Shown: in pieces, positions 40,814 through 52,100 of the stretch | Position numbering within the stretch: the stretch's first letter is position 1 | How the letters are laid out: every line of letters starts with the position of its first letter | NCBI RefSeq assembly: GCF_963676685.1 | Contig: NC_092350.1 | Location: 38,936,001 to 39,000,000, forward strand | DNA from: Mytilus edulis | Lineage: Eukaryota | Length of the DNA: 64,000 bases | Reading direction: 5' to 3' | Program-made: the position numbers and the translations under genes | Notes under the pieces: model-generated | Databases searched by the model: none | What the model was told of the DNA's origin: nothing | The model's input: only the letters and a program-made list of their open reading frames with translations

Positions 40814-41067
40814 GTCACTTACTTGAGGAAATCTGCTCTTAAATTAATAAAAGTGTTCATATAGAAATGATTTTTATGAATTATCTCCCCTAGTCCAGGG
40901 AGTTTTCTCATGGTATTGTATACAATACCATGAGAAAACTCCCTGGACTAGGGGAGAATATACAATACCATGAGAAAACTCCCTGGACTAGGGGAGATAA
41001 TTCATAAAAATCATTTCTATATGAACACTTTTATTAATTTAAGAGCAGATTTCCTCAAGTAAGTGAC
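40814..41067. repeat. Perfect long palindrome (107-bp arms) whose 40-bp spacer duplicates the start of the right arm
   Basis: 40814-40920 is the exact reverse complement of 40961-41067. 40921-40957 repeats 40961-40997. Confidence 0.95.
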
Positions 41068-42457
41068 ATTACTGCAAACTGTGGATATCTAATACAGAGA
41101 AAATGTTGGATAATTTTTAATGAGATAGCGAGACAGTGAACCATCAACAAAATTTCACAAACATTACATATATGTAGATCTCAACATATAGTCTTCACCA
41201 ATAGGATAGCTCCCATACCATATAGCAAGCTTCAATTTGCCTATATTAAAAAACTGGTACACAGCATCTTAATAATCATACCAATATTTTTGGAAAAAAG
41301 GAAATATAGAGTTGCTATACACAGAAATAGGAAGTTAAGGATCCCTTGCATAGAAAAATGTTCTTATTAAAAATTCTGGATGCAATCAAACCATTTCAAG
41401 GATATTTGCTTAATACATCTTCATATTATACATGAATAAAAGGAAACATGAAATAACTGTCTGAATAAGACAGCAAGTCAACAAAACAATACAAGTTAAC
41501 CATAATAAACATACAGTTAATCAAAAGGTCTTCATAAAACAAAAGTGACCACATAATATGGAAGATTCTAAATTCCCCAAAACATACACAAAGAAGACAC
41601 CATCGACCAAGTCTCTTACACAAACATAATTTTTCAATAAATTAAAACAGGAACTACTGAATTCTAGATCTACTCTTGTGAGTTCTAAGACACTCATCCA
41701 AATGTAAAATTTACACATGATTTAAAAATAAAAACAGTATATTAACTTCACAAATGATCTACTTTTGTTGTTTAAAGATTGTGATTAAAAGAAAACCTAT
41801 CAAAAGAATAGCTATCATGCATTTGTTTAGATTCCAATTTTTTTAAATATCATGATTTGTATTTTTAAAAACTGACAATCCCTATTTTGAATACTTGTTT
41901 TAGGTATGCCCAATGAAATAAAACTAGATTAGTTCATCTATAATATGACTAGTGCCTGACAATTGAATTTGGTTTTACAACCGAGATCAAATTAAACAAT
42001 GTTTGAATGAAGGATTATTTAAAAAACATCACATGTTAAATATTTTTACATAATAATTACAACCTGCAGACGGAATAAATCATTTAAAATACAATGCATT
42101 TATATACTATATCCTCATGATATTCCTGATATCTTCTTTTAGCTATATTCATAAAGGACATATTCACACAAAGTGTTCAAAGTCTTCTTATAAAGCTTAG
42201 AAAATAATAAGGAATATCAATAAAAAAGTCAGATAAAATTTAACAAAAAAAAAGAAGAAAAGAAAACAAGAAAGCAAATTAGAATCAATTTAGGACTGTT
42301 CCATAAAAAAAACATACATGGGTCCAGAGAAGGCCCTTCAAAATCTCAACTCTGGGTGGATGTCATCTATGATTTTACATAGTGGAAATGCAAGTGCAAA
42401 ATTAATTTGCCTCTGTAGGTGGTTACTCTATTTTTAAAGTGCCTTCCTGAGTACTAT

Positions 42458-42565
42458 ATATGTTTTAATGGAACAGCCCTTACAGTATTTATCATATGTT
42501 TTAATGGAACAGCCCTTACAGTATTTAGCATATGTTTTAATGGAACAGCCCTTACAGTATTTATC
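42458..42565. repeat. Minisatellite, 3 x 36 bp
   Basis: Unit atatgttttaatggaacagcccttacagtattta(t/g)c. Confidence 0.9.
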
Positions 42566-43188
42566 ATCATTGATATATATTTTGTACTGATGGAAGAACA
42601 GTATTTGTTATCATTGAAACATAATTTGTACTGACAAAGATTTTTTTCATTAACTTACATTTGATTGTTTATACTATGACTATAGCTAAAATATAGACTA
42701 AAAAAAAAAACTGTTTGTCAAAATGTGTAATGCCATGTTAAAACAAGCACCTGCTTTCATTTGTAAATTTAAAATACAATGTATTACCGATAAAAGCAAC
42801 AAATCAATTTATTTCACAAAGAAGCTCCTAGTAAGTACATTTACTATAAACAAAACTTAAATTAAAAATGCCCTATGATTAAAATGAGTAATTTGATGAG
42901 CTAGTTGACCTCCATGTCCAATATTCCTAAATACATAACCATTACTGATCTAACCATAAAGTTATGTGTACTATAATTAAAAACATCTTTCCATAAAAGC
43001 AAGCAAGTATTGTTTCTCTGAAGGTATATCCCCTTGTAAATCATCATCTTCAATATGAAAACTTCAAATTACTTAGATCTGTTCTTAATGAAAACAAGGT
43101 TTAGAAAGCACTGATAATAGACGGGAATAAAACAATTACTTGAAAGATCAACAATCCATAATTCCTAATTAAAATACATAAAAGACTG

Positions 43189-46100
43189 CTATTGATTGGT
43201 AAAATCACCAGTGTTTAACCTTGGCCTTGGTCTTTCACCAAAGATGTATCTTTCATCATTGTGTATGCTCTGCGCCAAAGCTTGCATAGATGCTGCAATA
43301 TTTTCTGGGTCAGTGGGGAGAGACTGAAATGATACACATACATAGATTTTTTTTATTTAGAAAGATTTGTAGAAATATATCTGTCATCAAAAAGTTCAAA
43401 ATTTGTTTTGTTTTCGAATCAATGTGGAAGTTTTTAATCATAAATAAAATCATGGCTTTTCATTCCTATTTACAAAATACATTATACCTGAAATATAAAT
43501 AACAAGTATATGTGATAATAAAATTGAGAAAGGAAAGCATAGAGCATCATGCCATGCTTGAAATATCATATTTTGAAGTTAAGTGACGTTTTTATAGTGA
43601 TTAATATTATAACACAATGTTCACTGCTGTACCATATTTAGGACATTTTTACCTATTATGTCTGCACACATTGTTGTCACTATAAGGAACTTTTATACAA
43701 CTGTTATACAAGTGAGAGGTTCAACTAGCTACAAAACCAGTTTTACAATTTTTTTTAAAATAAGGAAATGCCTGTTCTGAGTCAGGAATATGATTTATTT
43801 GATGTGTTTGAGCTTTTCATTTTGCCATTTGATGGTGGACTTTCTGATTTGAATTTACCTTGGAGAAGTTGGAGTCTGGTATTTTGTTGTGTTTTACTTT
43901 TTGAAATCAGTTCTTAAATGTAATTAGTTTTCATATCATGTTACTATGGAGATTATACTTACTCCATCTTCATCAAACTCTTCAATGTCACCAGTATCCC
44001 TAATACCGGGGCACCAAGTGGGGACTGAGATTGGCACAGATGCTGAATATATTAACTTATTCTTTTTCATTGTTGAAGGGGCTTCTCTTTCACCTCTATC
44101 ATCTGAAATGAAGTTGACTAAATTAATATTGTCATTCAATCAATAGCATACTGGTAACTTTGATATTTGTTACGCTGTGTAAACTTCTAGTAAATGTTAA
44201 GGATGATTAGTTTTGAAATTGACCAGACCTATATTGTATTGATTGTTGTCATGAATTTAACATCCAATCCTTTCTTGATCATTAATAGAACATTTCTTAA
44301 GAGTAGTCTCAGCAAAATTAAACTGAACCTTTGTAAAAACCGGATAGATTTTCAATAACAATTCCAAGTGATAAGTTTTGGTATTTCTATATTTATCAGC
44401 TGTATTCAATTTTTAAGAACTTACTTCCTTCTTCAGATTCCGATTCATCGTCTGACTGATAAAATTGTTCCTCACTGTCAACATCACCTCCATCAAACAT
44501 AAACAAACCTATTAAAGGGAAGTAATTCACACAATTTTATCCAGATTCTTTTAAAATTCACGAATTCTAAAGATATTCTGTTAGTTACTGTTGTACACTA
44601 AAAAAAACTTCCTCTATTATATAGAAAACATGTACAGTGCAGTCCGGTGTGTCCACACATCTAAGACTGATGACTTCTCTTCATTCATCTGATAAACCCA
44701 ATTATTTGATAATATTGTGTGATCACATTAAAAAAAAACTTTTATTTCAAAAAAATTTTGTATGGTTTTGCCCTCAAGATTTTGTGTAATGTGTGTAATC
44801 TGATATATATTTGACTAAAATAAAAAAAATATTATCTGATGATGTAATTTTTTAATGGAAATTGGCCAAATATGGTAAATCAAGGGATTGCAGTTATTGA
44901 TTATCTCTTGACCTTATAAATTTTATTCTTTTTTATCCCTTTAGAAGGCTAAAACAATAACAAGAGCGATTTTATTTGTGTTACAGTGCTAATATGACGA
45001 TATCAGCTAATGCACGATATTACCGGCAGCTAGGACACCAGGAACTCCACTGTACACCAAAGATTTAAAAAACTAAATAATATCCTATAAAGTTATGTGT
45101 TTGTGACAGATAAGCTTAATTCTCTTTATTTAAAGAAATTCTAATTTAAATAAATTACAAACCATCAGCATTTTGATCATAATCTTCCAATGACTGTCCT
45201 CTAGGGACTGGTGTTGATTTGGCTCGTGAAAGTGCAGTTTTCTGAAAAGAAATTCAAGAATCTCTTTTTATCTCTCTGTATCTGTGTCATAGATGGAAAA
45301 AGAAATTATCCTCTGATTAAAAATTATTTTTTTATTGTCAATGCTTGTCTTCCATTACAGATAAATCTTTGGCTTTGTGTATTTAACTGTGATCACTAAA
45401 GTGTTGCAATCCAAAATTCTACAAAGTACTTGAGATTCACACCCTATTCCTCAAATTTAAAACTAAAGTGATTATGCACTACAAATAATTTTTTAAAATC
45501 TGCATTAATATCATTACAAGTAACTCTTTTTGTATCAATATCATGCAAAGTTTCTCTTTGAAACAAGATTTTAGGACTCAATTTTCTAAAGATTCAAAAA
45601 AATGTCATCAACATTCACTCACCATTTGCTCACAGTTACTGTAGATGATATTCCATTAAAATAGACATGAAGGAAGAAGGAGACTTGCAAAATCCTTAAC
45701 AAACAATATCCTTTTGTTTAGTAATTCAAATTGATATACAACCAATAATGTAAACAAAATCCCTTCTTATCTCCCCTTTTTTTTTAGGCTTACTTAAAGC
45801 ATACTGTGGCTTCATCATTATTCTTTGGATAAAAATTTAATGGATTTCAAAGTTGGAGGAAGTACAAGTTTTCAATAAGCTTGTAAAGAGACTTTGGCAA
45901 AAATACAAAATCAAATATTTACAAAAATATGATTTTTGCACAGTCCATAAACATTGGTACTCATGAAAATAAATTTGTTTAACAGTACATCATTAGATTC
46001 ATAGCTTTTTTACTATTTTCATCTTTCCAGTATTAAAGTATCATCACTTTCCTTAACCTTTTAAAAATGTCAAGTACATATACCAAACGGTAGACTGGCA

Positions 46101-49100
46101 CACAAAATGAATAATTTATTCCATAAAAGTTTTGAACACCAAGACCTACCTGTGACGTCATTCCTTTTGGCTTTAACCTTTCTGGAGACTTAGAAACACT
46201 TTTTGACCCTAAAAAGTAATTAAATGTTAATATATTGTAATAACTTAATTGAACTAAAACCCAAAGTGTAGAATGTAATAATCTTAAAATAAGTGTATAA
46301 GAACATCTCATAATATTTTACTATTTATGATGGCACAAAAATGTATTTATAATTTGACAGCGGAGAGATTTTAATAGAAATCATCTTCGCTAGCCAAGGG
46401 TTACGATCCACTCCTGCTCTCTTCACTCTTGGCGGATTGAGAGCGGGAGTGGATCGTAACCCTTGGCTAGCGAAGATGGATAGAAATATGTACTTTCAAA
46501 AAGAAATCATCAATCAAAATAACACATTTCCATTAAAGACCACAAAAAATGATTTTGTATTTACAAAGACTGAATAGCTGTAAAACTTTTCTGATCTGAA
46601 AAACGTACCTGTATTATCACCAATACCTTTCATCTTTTGCTTTTGTGCTTCTAGGAGAACACTGTAATTACAAATATCAAAATGATAATATAGTGCCTTC
46701 AGTCACTTGATATGCTCTAAATGGTTAATACAGAATTTAAAAAAATACTAATAATTTTCAATTCAGCAAAGTTCTCAAACAATCTATACAAATGCAACAT
46801 TATTTGTGATTTTACAAAAATGCAACATTATTTTAATTTTAGTTTCTTGTGTACAATTTGGAAATTAGTATGGCCATCATTATTACTGAACTAGTATATA
46901 TTTGTTTAGGGGCCAGCTGAAGGACGCCTCCGGGTGCTGGAATTTCCTGCTTTATTGAAGACCTGTTGTTGACCTTCTGCTGTTGTTTTTTCTATGGTCG
47001 GGTTGTTGTCTCTTTGACACATTCCCCATTTCCATTCTCAATTTTACATAAAATAATGCTAAACTTCTTACTCAGTATACTTTGTTTACAGTTTGTATTT
47101 TACCTTATCATTTTTTTCTTATCTTTCCTCACTTTCTCTTGCAGTTGCTGAAATAGTATTCTCTGCTCTTCTTCATAATGTCTACAATACAAAACTTACA
47201 TTATATTTTTCTTTCATTTTATATTGCATGCCTCATATTTTCTTAAAGGCATTTTTCATTATTTCCTGCAGATAAACAATGGGGATTTTGCAAATTAGTA
47301 CAATTTCTCTCAAGTTATCAATTTTTATGCACAATAAAGAGCAATCTTTTAATACCAAAACCTAGATGCTGTAATATAATTCAAACTGTCTGGCATGGAA
47401 AAGACAACTTTTTTCTTTTTTTTTTAAAGGTGTAGTGTCAAGTTTCTTGTGCAAGACATGATGACATACATTTATAACTTCCTGAATTTACAATATTCAA
47501 TTTTGTCAACCAAACTAACTGAGCATGATTAAGATTCATACTTATAGCTCCTGTACATGACAGTAAGTCTTCGGTGATTTCAAGTGTCAGACATTAATTC
47601 TTCATTTGGAAAAGCCAAAATGTGAAATATTTTTCCAATTTACAGAATAAGGAAAATTGAGAATGTCTTTATAATTTCGTAGAAAGATTCATAAGTTAAG
47701 GTAACTGTTATAAACTGGTAAGTGTATCCATAAAATAATACTTCAAATTCAGCATACTTTAATAGTTACCTACGTTTTTTTTTTAATAATTTGAGCATTT
47801 TACAACACAGACCAAAGTTGATGAATTGATTTTTAACCTCAACATCCAAGAAGTTATTTCCAGACCAGTATTCTATAAGATAAATAGTCACACAAAAAAC
47901 AGTGCATTTTACTGTTACAAGGCTATCTACGATCATCAAAAAAAATCTGATCTTAGTAAAATGTTTTACTTGATTCTGTTTTCCATCTCAGTTTCTTCTT
48001 GTATTAGGTAGTTTGTCAACTGTTCCTGTACCATATTTATTTCACCCTGTAGAGATTCAAATTGTCCAGATGATCGATCTGAAAAAAAAAACAACCTTAA
48101 AATAACTGTTGCAGAAAAACCACAAAAATTTTAAATATTATGCCAGAAAAAACAACTTATATTAAAGAAATTTGCTCAATACTTTTTTACAGACACAAAA
48201 CAAATATTTTATCTGTTTACTGATTCAATAACTCATCGTTAATTAAATCGGGAATGTGTCCATAGGACACAGACGATTCTTCTCTTGCATATAACATTAT
48301 AGGGAAGACTCTAGAACTGTAAAATGAAGCTACCCAATTTTGTACTTGATCCCATTTTTGTGGTAATAAGCATTGTGCATAAGTTTCATAACATTTACTT
48401 GAAGCAAACTAATATAAAGAACAGAAACGAAAAAATTATAATTTTTTTCCATTTGTAAATGGGAATAATTCTAGAACAGTAAAAGTGATGATACCAAATT
48501 TCTAACTTGATCTGTGATTTGTGGTACTTAGCATTGTGTAAAAGTTTCAAAACTTTTGGTTGAGGCAAACTAAAGTTAGAGAATAGAAACCAATTTTGAG
48601 ATGTAAGGACAGGACATATGTACAGATGGATGAGCGTAAATCTTAATAACCCTCCACTACGATAAGGGCATAAAAAGGAATTGAAATCTTTTAAATCTTG
48701 CTTTGAAATCACTGTCCTATCACAAATAATGTGTTTTCTCACTATAAAAACTTCAAACCTCCAAATGTGTTGATGGGTCTTAAGTTACAGCAAATAGAAA
48801 GTCAGAAAAGTGAACAAAAAAAAATGACCAAAAAATGTAGACTTCTATATACATGAATGTTATGAACTCCCCTTAATCGTCTTTGAGTTAAAACTAACTC
48901 AACTTTACTTCTATCTTGCAATAAAAAGCCTTACCAGGTATAGTCTGAAATGGTGTATCTTTTTCTGGAAGCACAAGCTCAAATACATCAGAATAATTTG
49001 GGTGGTGGTGTAATCTATCTATAACTGCAGGATCATACTGTAAATCAAACAAGAGGCTCTCAAGAGCCTGAATTGCTCACCTTAATTCTTTTGGTTAAAT

Positions 49101-52100
49101 CTCTCATCAATGATTATTTTGGCTTTTCAATTTATTTAAATGTTTTTTGGATCATCCTATTTTCTTCAAAAGCCAAAAAAAATAATCATTTTCTCCTATG
49201 TTCTATTTTAGCCATAGGAGCTATGTTTCTTGACATACAAGGAAATAAAATATAAAATTTATACTAGATACTCTGAAACTCATTTAGCCTAAGTTTGGCT
49301 GAAATTGATACAGCAGTTTCAAAGGAGAAGATTTTTTAAAGTAAGTCAACATGATGAACAAATTGTGAAAAAAGTCTTTAAAGGGCAATAACTCCTTAAG
49401 GGGTCAATTGACAATTTTGGTCAAATTGACTTAATTGAAGATCTTACTTTGCTGGACATTATTGCTGTTTACAGTTTATTTCTATCTATAATTATATTCA
49501 AGATAAAAAACAAAAACAGCAAAATTTCCTTAAAATTATCAATTCAGGGACAGCAACCCAACAACAGGTTGTCTGATTCATCTGAAAATTTCAGGGCAGA
49601 TTGAAATTGACCTGATAAACAATATTACCCAACGTCAGATTTGCTCTAAATGCTTTGGTTTTTGAGTTATAAGCCAAAAACTGCATTTGACCCCTATGTT
49701 CTATTTTTAGCAATGGCGATCATGTTTGTTGATAGATCATAACTTCGGATACAATTTACAAACTAGATACCCTAAAGAACATTCAGTTAAAGTTTGGAAG
49801 TATTTGGCCCAGTAGTTTCAGAGGAGAAGATTTTTGTAAAAGATTACTAAGATTTACGAAAAATGGTTAAAATTTAACTATAAAGGGCAATAACTCCTAA
49901 AGGGGTCAACTGACCATTTCCGTCATGTTGACTTATTTGTAAATCTTACTTTGCTGAACATTATTCCTGTTTACAGTTTATCTCTATCTATAATAATATT
50001 CAAGATAATAACCAAAAACAGCAAAATTTCCTTAAAATTACCATTTCAGGGGCAGCAACCCAACAACAGGTTGTCTGATTCATCTGAAAATTTTAGGGCA
50101 GATAGATCTTGACCTGATAAACAATATTACCCAACGTCAGATTTGCTCTAAATGCTTTGGTTTTTTGAGTTATAAGCCAAAAACTGCATTTGACCCCTAT
50201 GTTCTATTTTTAGCAATGGCGACCATGTTTGTTGATAGATCATAACTTCGGATACAATTTACAAACTAGATACCCTAAGGAACATTCAATTAAAGTTTGG
50301 AAGTATTTGGCCCAGTAGTTTCAGAGGAGAAGATTTTTGTAAAAGATTACTAAGATTTACGAAAAATGGTTAAAAATTGACTATAAAGGGCAATAACTCC
50401 TAAAGGGGTCAACTGACCATTTCCGTCATGTTGACTTATTTGTAAATCTTACTTTGCTGAACATTATTCCTGTTTACAGTTTATCTCTATCTATAATAAT
50501 ATTCAAGATAATAACCAAAAACAGCAAAATTTCCTTAAAATTACCAATTCAGGGGCAGCAACCCAACAAGGGGTTGTCTGATTCATCTGAAAATTTCAGG
50601 GCAGATAGATCTTGACCTGATAAACAATATTACCCCATGTCAGATTTGCTCTAAATGCTTTGGTTTTTGAGTTATAAGCCAAAAACTGCATTTGACCCCT
50701 ATGTTCTATTTTTAGCAATGGCGACCATGTTTGTTGATAGATCAAAACTTCGGATACAATTTATAAATTAGATACCCTAAGGAACATTCAGTTAAAGTTT
50801 GAAAGTATTTGGCCCAGTAGTTTCAGAGGAGAAGATTCTTGAAATTGTTTACGACGACGACAGACGACGACGGACGCCAAGTGATGGCATAAGCTCACTT
50901 GTCCCTTCGGGACAGGTGAGCTAAAAAGAAATATTAAAAATCCTGTAGAATTCTCATTCTTTGTACAAAAAGGAAAAAAACAACAGGTTACTTTTTTGGG
51001 GGAAATTTTAAAATATCATAATTTAAATTTTACACTTGATCAAGCAAGAATTTCCATCACTGTACCATTGCACTTCAATAATGTCAACTATTTGTCATAG
51101 TGACAGGCTCTAGTATTTTGTAGGAGATGTCTTTAATGACATGTTTGAATAAACATGAAGTTACAATGTTAACTTAAAAAAGTATGACATTTTTTTTGGC
51201 CACAACAACTAACAACTATATAAATATGTATAAAAAAGAAGATTTGGTACGATTGCCAACAAGACAACTCTCCACAAGAGACCAAATGACATATGTGCAA
51301 GTTGTATGACTGTACAATTCATTTACTTGCATTGAAAGTCATGCTTCTCAATGACATTTTTTTATCCTTAAAGTTATGTTACAAACATTTGCAGACTTGT
51401 GATTTATCTCTGAAATTGAATGGATAAAGTTAATCCAACACCATTAAAATTGATTCTCTAATTTTTGTGCTATTTTCACATTTCCTGACCGGTGTGAGAA
51501 AAATGTTTCTCCTCACTAGTGAAAAATCTGTTCTCGGCAAATGATTGGTTGAAATTTAATTGTGACGTTAAATTTCTTGTTTTCTTCTGAATTTTCTTAT
51601 TGTGACGTCACGAAAAAAGGCTCACGCTTTAAATAATAAAATCTAACTCTCTCGAGTGGAGAAATATCGTAATACACTTCTTGCAGTGTAGGAATCTATA
51701 TTTACACATTATTATCTGCAATGTTAAGTTGATCAGTAATTTACACATACCTGCACTTTTTGATTTATAAGTAATCTTGAAGATCTTGGTTTTGTTGCAT
51801 AGACATCTAGCCCACAGTTCAAGCAGCTGTGAACCAGCCATTCTCCAATCGGCTGTCGATGAACAAGATAATCTTGCTCCTTTGAAAAGAAAATATAATC
51901 ATGATGATATTTTAAAACAAATTCAGTGTTTTTTCCCCCAAAAAAGAAATACTTTAATACCTGATAAAGGGATATTCATTATTGAAAGAAGATTTTTGCA
52001 ACTAGAACACATTGCAAAATCAGATAAATGTAATTTGCAAGTCACAGCTAACTAATATATTTTCCAGTAATTTTTTTGAATGAACATATTTTTTTTTAAA

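Noticed and set aside
42419-42634. ORF with ICFNGTALTVF repeats; also considered as a CRISPR-like 36-bp repeat
   Set aside because: It is a head-to-tail minisatellite with no spacers and no cas genes, in a eukaryotic context.
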